Notes: generated by a model from the letters alone, not told the origin. A stretch of 64,000 bases of DNA from an uncultured Bacteroidales bacterium (GCA_964477035.1 CAYZCW010000004.1:59882-123881), one strand, 5' to 3'; counted from the stretch's first letter, positions 34,643-43,628 are shown. Translations and numbers: made by a program.

Positions 34643-37600
34643 ATGACCGTGTCCAGGCCTAAAAGAGAAATTGCCACAGGCTTTTTTCGTGCATTCTTCC
34701 TGTTCCTGTTGATTCTTTTCGGGAGTGCGGTCGCTCCTTCCTTTGCCATAGGACCGGTTGTCAGGGGGGAGCGGCCCCCGGTTGATCCTTTCGGCAAATC
34801 CATGGATTCATACCATCCCGGGGTACTGTATGTCAAATTTGCCCCGCAGGTGGAGAACACACTTAAATTGGCCGACCCCTCCAAATCCGGTCCCGGCTCC
34901 ATGAAGACGGGCATCCTATCGGTGGACCAGGTCAGCGAGCAGTTTGGGGTGACTCATGGACGATCCATCCTGGACCGGCTGTACGAGATTTCCCCTGCCT
35001 CCCTTCAGTACCAGGAGAGACACCGGGAATGGGGCTTTCACCTGTGGTACCGGCTGGAGGTCCCTGCGAAAACCGACATTATTCAATTGGTCAAAGCCTA
35101 TCAGGACCTGTCGGAGGTTGATGCCGCCGAGCCCCTCTACCAGATCCAGGCGGTGGTTCCTGACAAGTTTCACCCCGTGATCCTGGATCCGCCCTTGCCC
35201 AGAAATCCGGACAAAGCCGTTAAATGGGTCCCGGGTGATCCTTATTACACGTCTTACCAGTGGAGCCTGAACAATACGGGACAGCTGATTGGCGGGAAGT
35301 ATGGCACCGTTGGGGCCGATATCAGCATGGAGGAGGCCTGGGCTTTTACCACGGGAAGCCCGGAGGTCATCATTGCCGTTTTGGATGATGCCGTGGATTT
35401 TTCCCATCCGGATCTTGCGGGAGCAAGCTGGTCGGGCATTGGCTACAACTTTGCCGATGATGAGAACTTTTTGTCGCCCCAGGGCAACCACGGAACCCAT
35501 GTCGGGGGCATCATTGCGGCCCTGTCCAACAACACGACGGGCATTGCCGGTGTTGCAGGGGGAGATAATGGCACCGGGGGTGTCCGGCTTATGAGCTGTC
35601 AGATTTTCGGGAAAGGCGATCCGGGAGGGATCGACCTGGCCATGATCTATGCGGCCGACAATGGGGCGGCCATTTCACAAAACTCCTGGGGTTATAAAAA
35701 CCCCGGCGAATACAATTCCTGGGTACTGGACGCCATTGATTATTTCAATGCCCATGGAGGGGGCTCCGTCATGCAGGGCGGCCTGACCATTTTTGCCGCC
35801 GGCAACAGCAATGATGACGACCAGTATTATCCGGCCTATTATTCCGGGGCCATGGCGGTGGCAAGCACCGACAACCAGGATATCAAGGCGGGTACATCCA
35901 ATTATGGAACCTGGATAGACATCTCGGCGCCAGGCGCTTCAATCTTCAGCACCCTTACCGGAGGCTCCTATGGTTTTATGGGGGGGACCTCCATGGCCTG
36001 CCCCCATGTATCGGCCGTGGCAGGGCTGTTGTTGTCCGTTGCCCCGGGAAAACCCACCGCCGGCGAAATCACAGCCATCCTGCTCAACACGACCGATAAC
36101 CATTACATGGCAAACCCTTTTTATCAGGGGGAGCTCGGGACCGGCAGGTTGAATGCTGCGGCTGCCCTGACGGAGCTGGTCGGCGGACCCATTCCGGAGC
36201 CGGTGGATCCTCCTCAGAGTCTTACTGCTACGGCGGTTTCCTCCAGCCGCATCAATCTTGAATGGGAAAAGAACGCAGCCGGACAGGGGGTTGTTCTGGC
36301 TTTTTCCACCTCGGGGACATTTGGCACCCCAGCGGACGGAACGATTTATTATGAGGGACAGGGCCTGCCCGGCGGAGGTACGGTGTTGTACAGGGGGAGT
36401 GGCACCGTAAGCAGTCATACCGCATTGCCATCTGCAACCACCCATTACTACAAGGCCTGGTCCTACAATGAGGAGATACGGTATTCGCCATCCGTTACGG
36501 CAAGCGCCACCACCCTCGCGGTGCATACGATCAAGGCCACGGCAGGGCCCCATGGCAGCATCAGCCCTTCCGGCCAGATTGAGGTGGACCATGGAGGAAG
36601 CCAGACATTTACCATGACACCTGATCCGGGCTATGAGATCGAGGATGTCCTGGTGGATGGAATCAGTGTGGGGCCGGTTTCTTCTTATACCTTTTTCATG
36701 GTGACCTCCAAGCAGTCCATATCAGTCAGCTTCAAACGGACTACCTATGTGGTTTCTGCTAGTGCTGGTTCGTTTGGGGATATTGACCCCCAAGGGGACA
36801 TCGTGGTGGAATACGGGGATAACATCTTGTTTAACATGCTGCCTGATCCGGGCTATGAGGTGGAGGGTGTTTTTGTGGATGGCATCGACGTCGGGCCGGT
36901 GGATTCCTATGAGTTCACGAATGTCATGGCAGACCACTGGATACACGTCAGCTTTGATGTGTTGTCGTATACCATCCTCGCCAGCGCCGGCCCCAACGGC
37001 CAGATCAGTCCCACGGGAAACATCCGTGTCCAGGAAGGGGGGAGCCAACGCTTCGACATCCTTCCCGATCCGGGATATTACATCGAAGACGTGGTGGTGA
37101 ACGGAACCAGTGCGGGGCCGGTGGACGCCTATACTTTTGAGAACGTGTCGGATGTGCACACCATCCATGCCTCTTTCGCCATTCATACCTACACCATAGA
37201 GGCCACTGCCGGGCCGAACGGGCACATCCTGCCAGACGGCACCATCGTGGTGGACCACGGCAGCTCCCATACCTTTCAAATAGAGCCGGATGAAGGCTAT
37301 TATGTGGCGGACGTGCTGGTGGACGGCGTCAGCGTGGGGCCGGTGGCCTCCTATACTTTTGAAGGGGTTGTGTCCGGTCATTCGATTGAAGCGCGGTTTG
37401 CCATCAGGACCTTCGTGATCCAGGCCATTGCCGGACCCAACGGATCGGTCAGTCCCGACGGGGCCGTGACCGTGGAATACGGTGCCGGCCAGGCCTTCGA
37501 GATCAGCCCGGACACAGGCCATTACATCCTCGATGTGCGGGTGAACCAGCAGAGCGTGGGCCCTGTTGCCTCCTACCTCTTTGAGCAGGTCACGGCCGAT

Positions 37601-38878
37601 CAGGTGATCGAAGCCGAATTTGCCATCCTGACCTACACCATAGAGGCCTCTGCCGGCCCCAACGGCCGGATTGAGCCGGAAGGGATGATCACTGTGGATC
37701 ACGGCAGCAGCCAGGAGTTTCTGATCATTCCCGATACCGGGTATTACATCCTGGACGTGCTGGTCGACGGGGAAAGCGCAGGCTCCGTGTCTTCCTTCCT
37801 GTTTGAGGAGGTGGAGAACGTGCACGAAATCCAGGCCCTGTTCGACATCATCACCTTTGAGATCGGGATCAGTGCAGGCCCCAACGGACAGACCTCACCC
37901 GGCGGAGTGCTCACGGTGGATTACGGCGGCGGGCTGACCATAGAGTTCCTGCCCGATGCGGGCTACCGCATCGCCGATGTGCTGGTGGACGGGGGCAGCG
38001 TGGGTCCCGTCGACTCCTATACCTTTGAGTCGGTCACCCGGGACCACCTGGTGGAGGTGGTCTTTGAGCCCGTTATCTATACCATTTCAGCCACCGCCGG
38101 GCAGGGGGGGCGCATCGAGCCCGAAGGGACCCTTCAGGCAACCATCGAGGACGTGCTTCATTTTCGGATGATCCCGGAAAAGCATTTCGTGGTGACCGAC
38201 CTCCTGCTTAACGGGGAGTCGCTGGGACAGCTTGAAGAGTTCGTGCTTTCCGGAATGACCGCCCACCAGGTCATCCACGCCGAATTTGGCCGGCCCGTCC
38301 TGGACCTTTTCCATAAGGTGACCTTCCGGGTGGACATGCAGTATGCGGACCAGTATGACCCGGAGTCGGACCTGGTTTACCTTACAGGTTCCATGTTCGA
38401 CTGGGCGTCTCCGGGCAGCCTGCCGGAGGCTCAGGTGCTGGGCACGCCGAAGGCGCCGCAACTGCTTGAGATCACACTCGAACTGACTGAGGGGGACTAT
38501 GAGTACAAGTATTACCTGAACGGTCCCGAAGGGGAGGAGTGGCCCGGCAATCCTGCAAGGACCCTTCGCGTGCCGGAGCAGTTGCTGGTGACGGACTATT
38601 TCGGGTACCTGTCCGACCCGACGTCCTCCTTCCTGCCCGATGGGACGCCCGGACTGCTCGCTTATCCCAACCCGGCCCGTGAGGTCCTCATGGTGGAGGC
38701 CAGCGAGCCGCTCAGGCTGGTGCAGCTCCTGGATGCCGGGGGGCGCATCCTGATGGCCTCCCGGCCCGATGGCCTGTCTTGCCGCCTTCAGACCGGGGGC
38801 CTGCCACCGGGCCTCTATATCCTGCGCGCCATCACTGCCTCCAGGGTCCACCGGCTGAATGTCCTGATATTGCGATGA
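34643..38878 (+). CDS. T9SS-secreted S8 (subtilisin-family) serine peptidase with FN3-like domain, 8 x 74-aa repeat array, CBM20-like domain and T9SS C-terminal domain
   Basis: Catalytic triad motifs VIIAVLDDAVD (Asp), GNHGTHVGGIIAA (His), GGTSMACPHVSAVAGLL (Ser). N-terminal pro-domain-like region. C-terminus LLAYPNPAREVLMVEAS...GLYILRA. Confidence 0.92.
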   Translation: MTVSRPKREIATGFFRAFFLFLLILFGSAVAPSFAIGPVVRGERPPVDPFGKSMDSYHPGVLYVKFAPQVENTLKLADPSKSGPGSMKTGILSVDQVSEQFGVTHGRSILDRLYEISPASLQYQERHREWGFHLWYRLEVPAKTDIIQLVKAYQDLSEVDAAEPLYQIQAVVPDKFHPVILDPPLPRNPDKAVKWVPGDPYYTSYQWSLNNTGQLIGGKYGTVGADISMEEAWAFTTGSPEVIIAVLDDAVDFSHPDLAGASWSGIGYNFADDENFLSPQGNHGTHVGGIIAALSNNTTGIAGVAGGDNGTGGVRLMSCQIFGKGDPGGIDLAMIYAADNGAAISQNSWGYKNPGEYNSWVLDAIDYFNAHGGGSVMQGGLTIFAAGNSNDDDQYYPAYYSGAMAVASTDNQDIKAGTSNYGTWIDISAPGASIFSTLTGGSYGFMGGTSMACPHVSAVAGLLLSVAPGKPTAGEITAILLNTTDNHYMANPFYQGELGTGRLNAAAALTELVGGPIPEPVDPPQSLTATAVSSSRINLEWEKNAAGQGVVLAFSTSGTFGTPADGTIYYEGQGLPGGGTVLYRGSGTVSSHTALPSATTHYYKAWSYNEEIRYSPSVTASATTLAVHTIKATAGPHGSISPSGQIEVDHGGSQTFTMTPDPGYEIEDVLVDGISVGPVSSYTFFMVTSKQSISVSFKRTTYVVSASAGSFGDIDPQGDIVVEYGDNILFNMLPDPGYEVEGVFVDGIDVGPVDSYEFTNVMADHWIHVSFDVLSYTILASAGPNGQISPTGNIRVQEGGSQRFDILPDPGYYIEDVVVNGTSAGPVDAYTFENVSDVHTIHASFAIHTYTIEATAGPNGHILPDGTIVVDHGSSHTFQIEPDEGYYVADVLVDGVSVGPVASYTFEGVVSGHSIEARFAIRTFVIQAIAGPNGSVSPDGAVTVEYGAGQAFEISPDTGHYILDVRVNQQSVGPVASYLFEQVTADQVIEAEFAILTYTIEASAGPNGRIEPEGMITVDHGSSQEFLIIPDTGYYILDVLVDGESAGSVSSFLFEEVENVHEIQALFDIITFEIGISAGPNGQTSPGGVLTVDYGGGLTIEFLPDAGYRIADVLVDGGSVGPVDSYTFESVTRDHLVEVVFEPVIYTISATAGQGGRIEPEGTLQATIEDVLHFRMIPEKHFVVTDLLLNGESLGQLEEFVLSGMTAHQVIHAEFGRPVLDLFHKVTFRVDMQYADQYDPESDLVYLTGSMFDWASPGSLPEAQVLGTPKAPQLLEITLELTEGDYEYKYYLNGPEGEEWPGNPARTLRVPEQLLVTDYFGYLSDPTSSFLPDGTPGLLAYPNPAREVLMVEASEPLRLVQLLDAGGRILMASRPDGLSCRLQTGGLPPGLYILRAITASRVHRLNVLILR
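36521..38296 (+). repeat. eight in-frame 74-aa (222-bp) diverged tandem repeats (divergent InlB B-repeat-like)
   Basis: Units start VHTIKATAGPHGSISPSG.., TYVVSASAGSFGDIDPQG.., SYTILASAGPNGQISPTG.., TYTIEATAGPNGHILPDG.., TFVIQAIAGPNGSVSPDG.., TYTIEASAGPNGRIEPEG.., TFEIGISAGPNGQTSPGG.., IYTISATAGQGGRIEPEG... 1776 bp = 8 x 222. Confidence 0.9.
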
Positions 38879-38892
38879 CCCATCCCACCGCC

Positions 38893-38917
38893 CCGCTGCG
38901 AGCGGCTTTCTTTGTTT
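38893..38917 (+). terminator. weak terminator-like hairpin after the S8 peptidase gene
   Basis: CCGCU-gcg-AGCGG (5-bp stem) followed by CUUUCUUUGUUU. The short stem limits confidence. Confidence 0.35.
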
Positions 38918-39000
38918 CATAAAAGGCAATTAGGTAATTAAATGTTAAAATAATTGCTTCGGCGCTTCTTTTTTCTTACATTTAAGTAAAGCCCGCAGGT

Positions 39001-39042
39001 AACCGCCACGGTCAACCCACAACGAAATGGGGGCTGGCGGTT
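39001..39042 (+). promoter_or_regulatory. leader hairpin upstream of the nirK-like gene
   Basis: AACCGCCA (39001-39008) pairs perfectly with TGGCGGTT (39035-39042), with a 26-nt loop. Lies in the predicted 5' UTR. Confidence 0.3.
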
Positions 39043-39082
39043 CGTCGGACGGACAAGTGGTCACACCAAAAACCTTCTGTAC

Positions 39083-40837
39083 ATGAAGCGCACGAGAATC
39101 CACCGGGCAGGCCTGCCAGGACTGCTGTTGCTCACGGTTTTTTTATTGATTTCTCCCGGGAAAGGTTGGGCCTGCGAGGCCTGTAACCGCCTGTTCCTGG
39201 CCCAGCTGCAGGGGCCGGAGCGGTCGGGTACCCTGGTCTCCAATGAGCTCCTGGCCACCATCGCTGCCCAGGAAGCCATTGGCCGCAACAACCCGGCCTC
39301 GTCTTATGGCATTGTTCCGGGAGGCAGGGTAGGCGGGGGCAATGCCGCCACGGCAGCCGGGGGGACCTCCCCGGCCCTGAGCTATCCGGCCGGGACGGAC
39401 TTCATCGACATCATCCGGCGGGACAATGCCCTGCCGCTGCCTCCTACGGGCTTCGTCCCCCAGAGCACCGCTCCGGATAAAAGGGTGCGCATCACCCTGC
39501 AGGAGGGAGACTCTTACATAGGCAACAATGTGATGTACAAGGGCTTTACAACCGACCACAAGATACCGGGTCCGACGATCATCGTGGACGAAGGCGACAT
39601 CGTGGCGTTCACCATCGTGAACGAGGGCGATATTCCCCACGGGGCCTCCATCCATGCGGCCTATACCCAGACGTCCAAGTACCTGGGCAAAATCGAGCCG
39701 GGCGACAGTTCCACCGTGGTGTTCCGCGCCACCCTCCCGGGGGTGTATATGTACCATTGCGCCCCGGGTGGGCATGCCATCCCCATGCACATCATCTTCG
39801 GACAGTACGGCATGATGGTGGTCAAACCGAAGAAACAATTTGAACTGGAGCGGATGCTGGGCAGGGAGCCCGATATAGACATCTACCTGCTGCAGCATGA
39901 GTACTATGCCAGCGGCAAGGATGCGGTCGACGGGCAGGGGCGGCCGATGTACACTGCTTTCAACGGCATGCTGTTCCGCTATGTGGAGGAACCCATCGTG
40001 GGCCGGCCGGGCGATTATGTGCGGATCCATTTCCTGAATGCCGGGCCCAACCTGGTGTCGACCTTTCACATCGTCGGGATCATCTGGGACTTTGCCTACT
40101 GGCAGGGACATCCGGACAACCGCTTTACCGGGGGACAGACCGTGACGGCCGGTCCGTCCGACTCCTGGGTGGTCGAGTTCCGTATCCCGCCTGATGAGGG
40201 CAGCTACCTGATGCTGTCCCATGCAGTCGGTTCGACCGACCGCGGCGCCATCGGGCTGCTGATCTGCGACCGGGATGGCCCGCAGGGGGGGCAAACGGTG
40301 TATTCGGACGGACCCCTGTATACGGAGGAGGAGATGGATGCGTACCGCGAACAGGCCCTGCGCACCATCACCCCTTTCGGCATCGGATCGCCCGAGGTGG
40401 ACGTCCCGGTGGTGTATGGCCCGGAGACGGAAGAGGTGACCGTTCGCATCATCGGCAATTCCTACCACCCCAAGGTGATCAGGGTGGCTCCGGGCACCAC
40501 GGTGAAATGGATCAACGAGGACGTATTCACTTATATGGAAGGGGAATTCTCGGGCATCCACAACATGATCGTTAAAACCGGACCCGAACGCTTTGCCTCG
40601 CCCATGCTGGCCCATGCGGAGAGCTGGTCGCAGACGCTGACTGCCGAAGGGGAGTATACCTATATCTGCACCCCCCATCCTTATATGGAGGGCCGGATCA
40701 TCGTGTCCGGGGAGGTGCCGGCCGGACAGCCGGTCGTAATGGCCGGAGCGGCCGGCAACCCCAAACTGCTGTGGTTTGTGCTTGTTCTGGCCGCCCTGGC
40801 CCTGATGGTGGGCATCATCGCCCTGATCCCCAGGTAA
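39083..40837 (+). CDS. NirK-like two-domain copper protein fused to a C-terminal plastocyanin-like cupredoxin domain and a C-terminal TM anchor
   Basis: Signal peptide. DIPHGASIHAAY (T1 His/T2 His spacing as HNIDFH), VYMYHCAPGGHAIPMH, STFHIVGII, LMLSHAVGS. Then KVIRVAPGTTVKWINED...GIHN...YTYICTPHPYMEGRIIV (H, C, H, M ligands). TM helix LLWFVLVLAALALMVGIIALI. Confidence 0.8.
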   Translation: MKRTRIHRAGLPGLLLLTVFLLISPGKGWACEACNRLFLAQLQGPERSGTLVSNELLATIAAQEAIGRNNPASSYGIVPGGRVGGGNAATAAGGTSPALSYPAGTDFIDIIRRDNALPLPPTGFVPQSTAPDKRVRITLQEGDSYIGNNVMYKGFTTDHKIPGPTIIVDEGDIVAFTIVNEGDIPHGASIHAAYTQTSKYLGKIEPGDSSTVVFRATLPGVYMYHCAPGGHAIPMHIIFGQYGMMVVKPKKQFELERMLGREPDIDIYLLQHEYYASGKDAVDGQGRPMYTAFNGMLFRYVEEPIVGRPGDYVRIHFLNAGPNLVSTFHIVGIIWDFAYWQGHPDNRFTGGQTVTAGPSDSWVVEFRIPPDEGSYLMLSHAVGSTDRGAIGLLICDRDGPQGGQTVYSDGPLYTEEEMDAYREQALRTITPFGIGSPEVDVPVVYGPETEEVTVRIIGNSYHPKVIRVAPGTTVKWINEDVFTYMEGEFSGIHNMIVKTGPERFASPMLAHAESWSQTLTAEGEYTYICTPHPYMEGRIIVSGEVPAGQPVVMAGAAGNPKLLWFVLVLAALALMVGIIALIPR

Positions 40838-40860
40838 AGGCCGTGGAGGAAAGGGGCAGG

Positions 40861-40880
40861 CCGGACCGCTTCGGTGCCGG
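40861..40880. terminator. imperfect GC hairpin between the convergent nirK-like and ctaB genes
   Basis: CCGGaCCGcuuCGGugCCGG; no clear U tract on either strand. Confidence 0.25.
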
Positions 40881-40898
40881 ATGCCGCACTGCCATGGT

Positions 40899-41756
40899 TC
40901 AGAAAAACAGGGCGTCCGCCACCAGCACCAGCATGATGGACAGGTAGTAGAAATTGATGGCCCGGAAGGCCCTCTCCGGATCCGTATTGCGGGGGCGGAC
41001 CAGCCAGTGGCGGAACGACCACAGCAGCCAAAGGGTGGCAAGGTATACTGTGGCGGCGGCCAGGGGCAGGCGGATCACCCCGAACAGCGGCAGGAGGATG
41101 GCTGCCATGGCCGTTGCGGCCACCCATCCCAGGGTCAGGACCTGTATCTGGCGGCGGGAAAACAATTCGTCAAGAACCGGCAAGCCGGCCCTGGCGTAAT
41201 CCGGTCCATGCCGCAGTTGAATGAGCCAGAAATGCGGGATCTGTCCGACGAAAAAGAAAAACCCCACCAGCAGGATGTGCATGTGCCACAGGCTTCCCCC
41301 GGCCGCGGTCCATCCGATCAGCGGGGGGAGGGCCCCCACGAGGGCGCCCGGCAGGACGGCGAAGGCGGTCACTTTTTTCAGGGGGGTGTAAATCAGGTTG
41401 TAGCAGGTCAGGGCAGCCACCCCCAGAATGGCAGGCAGGCCGCTGCTCTGAGGCTGCACCAGCAGCAGGAATCCTGCCAGTCCCGTGAATTGTGCTACAA
41501 GCACGGCCTGGTAGGGTTTGACCCTGCCGGTGGGAATGGGGCGGTGGCGGGTGCGGTCCATACGGCGGTCGATGCCGGCTTCCTGAACCTGGTTGATGGC
41601 CGAAGAAGCGAACGACATCAGGAATACGCCCAGGACAGTTTGAATCCAGGCCCCGGCAAATGCCCCGCTGTAGAGCAAGAAGCCCGTCAGGGCCGATAAG
41701 GTTACGGGAAGGCTGATCCGGGGCTTGCCCAGAAGGAGTAGCTGCCTGAGGTGCAA
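40899..41756 (-). CDS. ctaB: protoheme IX farnesyltransferase (heme O synthase)
   Basis: UbiA-family motifs ...SSAINQVQEAGIDRRMDRTRHRPIPTGR...; 8-9 TM helices; last gene of the oxidase cluster. Confidence 0.9.
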   Translation of the reverse strand: MHLRQLLLLGKPRISLPVTLSALTGFLLYSGAFAGAWIQTVLGVFLMSFASSAINQVQEAGIDRRMDRTRHRPIPTGRVKPYQAVLVAQFTGLAGFLLLVQPQSSGLPAILGVAALTCYNLIYTPLKKVTAFAVLPGALVGALPPLIGWTAAGGSLWHMHILLVGFFFFVGQIPHFWLIQLRHGPDYARAGLPVLDELFSRRQIQVLTLGWVAATAMAAILLPLFGVIRLPLAAATVYLATLWLLWSFRHWLVRPRNTDPERAFRAINFYYLSIMLVLVADALFF

Positions 41757-41769
41757 ACCAGACGTCGTT

Positions 41770-42711
41770 TTATGGGTTGAGTGATTTCAGGAACTCAATG
41801 ATGAAATCCACTTCCTGCGGGGTCACCTCCCCTTCGTAGGAGAACATCTGTCCTGCCCGGAATCCCTGGGTGATATCGGTATCGGGCTGGTAGATGGAGC
41901 GGCGCACGTAATCTTCGTCATACAGGATCTGCCGTTCCTGCCCCTGGGTGGTGACGGTGATGGTTTGTCCGAAACGGCCCAGGAAGCTGGGGCCGATCAC
42001 CGTGGATCCGTCCAGCGAATGGCAGGCCAGGCAGCCTTTGCTTTCGACCACCTGCCGTCCCAGCAGGGCCAGGTCGGCTTCCTCGGGGACCTCCATGATG
42101 AGCCCCGTGGTGTCGGAATACCAGGTCCAGAATTCCTCCGGCTCCATCACCACCACCTCGGTATGCATGTATGAGTGTTCCAATCCGCAGTATTCGGTAC
42201 AGAACAGGGAGTAGGCCCCCGTCTTGGTGGCTTCGAACCACAGGCGGTTGTTGGCCAGGCCGGGCACCATGTCCTCCTTGACACGGAAGGCGGGGATGTA
42301 GAGGGAGTGAAGCACGTCGACCGCGTTGAGGTTGAGGATGACGGCCGTGTCCCTGGGCACGTAGAGTTTGTCGGTGACCCTCCCGTTGTCATAGCGGAAG
42401 GAGAAGTTCCACATGCGGGCGTTGGCGGTGATCTCCACCCCCTGGTCCGGTGGCCGCTTCATGGGGGCCCATCCGATATAGCCGTAGTAGAACATGCCCA
42501 TGACCAGCGCCAGGGGAATGACCGTCCAGATGAACTCCAGGGTGTTGTTGCCCTCGTTCTGTACCGGCTTGGGATGGCGCTTTTTGTTGTAACGGTACAA
42601 AAACAGGATGATGACGGCCGTGATCCCGATCAAAAAGAAAAAGGCGATGCCCAGTATGAACACAAAGGCATTGTCGACGCCTTCCACAAAGGTTGATGCT
42701 CCTGAGTACAT
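41770..42711 (-). CDS. ctaC: cytochrome c oxidase subunit II with fused C-terminal cytochrome c (caa3-type)
   Basis: Two TM helices. CuA site DVLHSLYIP...FCTEYCGLEHSYMH. Heme c site CLACHS. Confidence 0.93.
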   Translation of the reverse strand: MYSGASTFVEGVDNAFVFILGIAFFFLIGITAVIILFLYRYNKKRHPKPVQNEGNNTLEFIWTVIPLALVMGMFYYGYIGWAPMKRPPDQGVEITANARMWNFSFRYDNGRVTDKLYVPRDTAVILNLNAVDVLHSLYIPAFRVKEDMVPGLANNRLWFEATKTGAYSLFCTEYCGLEHSYMHTEVVVMEPEEFWTWYSDTTGLIMEVPEEADLALLGRQVVESKGCLACHSLDGSTVIGPSFLGRFGQTITVTTQGQERQILYDEDYVRRSIYQPDTDITQGFRAGQMFSYEGEVTPQEVDFIIEFLKSLNP

Positions 42712-42719
42712 ATTTTTTG

Positions 42720-43004
42720 CTATCTGTATGAATAATCAAAGAAGGTGACAAACAGCACCAGCAGGAATACGATGATCACGCCGGTGACCAGCATGGGCAG
42801 CAGGGCTTTCTCATATTTCAGGTGCATGTACCAGGCCATGACGATCACGGCCTTGATTCCGGCAATGAGCATGGCCACCAGGGTGTTCAGGGTGCCGAAT
42901 TCCAGACGCGTAACGGCCACGGTCACTGCGGTGAGCACCAGCAGGACCGCCACCACGGCCACCTGTGTCTTGTAAGGGACGATATGTGTTTTTTCTTCAC
43001 TCAT
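42720..43004 (-). CDS. cytochrome c oxidase subunit IV family small membrane protein
   Basis: 94 aa, 3 TM helices, ...AWYMHLKYE... motif; positioned between subunits III and II. Confidence 0.75.
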   Translation of the reverse strand: MSEEKTHIVPYKTQVAVVAVLLVLTAVTVAVTRLEFGTLNTLVAMLIAGIKAVIVMAWYMHLKYEKALLPMLVTGVIIVFLLVLFVTFFDYSYR

Positions 43005-43031
43005 GATGCGCGGGTCTTTTGGGTTGGCTCG

Positions 43032-43628
43032 TTAATGGATCAGGTAGAACAGGGGGAACAGGAAGATCCAGATCAGGTCCACCAGGTGCCAGTACAGCCC
43101 CGTGTTTTCCAGCCAGATGTAATCCTCCTGGTGGATGCGGTCCTTGCGCACCTGGGCGATGACGTAGATGAACAGGCCGATGCCGATCAGGATGTGCAGG
43201 GCATGGAGGCCGGTCATGAAAAAGTACAGGCCGAAGAATAAAATGGTGCCGTAACCCAGCTCTGCCAGCTCCCCGGCCCCGGGATAAAAGCCGTACTCAA
43301 ACTTGGCGCCCCATTCGAAGTATTTGTTCACCAGAAAGACGATGGCGATCAGCAGGGTGATCCCCAGGAGCTGCAAGGCCCTTTTCTTGTCGCCTTTCTG
43401 AATGGCGGTGATGGACATGGCCACGGTCATGGAGCTGATGAGCAGGATCACCGTATTGATGGTCCCGATGACCACATCCAGCTCCTCCCCGGCGATGCGA
43501 AAAGCCTCGGGATGCATGGAGCGGTAAACGGCATACACCACGAACAGCATGCCGAAGAGCAGCAACTCGGTAAACAGGAACAGCCACATGCCCAGTTTGG
43601 CGCCTTGGTCGTCTCGATGTTCTAACAT
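43032..43628 (-). CDS. ctaE: cytochrome c oxidase subunit III
   Basis: 198 aa, 5 TM helices, ...LFLFTELLLFG...GLHALHILIG...WHLVDLIWIFLFPLFYL. Confidence 0.92.
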   Translation of the reverse strand: MLEHRDDQGAKLGMWLFLFTELLLFGMLFVVYAVYRSMHPEAFRIAGEELDVVIGTINTVILLISSMTVAMSITAIQKGDKKRALQLLGITLLIAIVFLVNKYFEWGAKFEYGFYPGAGELAELGYGTILFFGLYFFMTGLHALHILIGIGLFIYVIAQVRKDRIHQEDYIWLENTGLYWHLVDLIWIFLFPLFYLIH

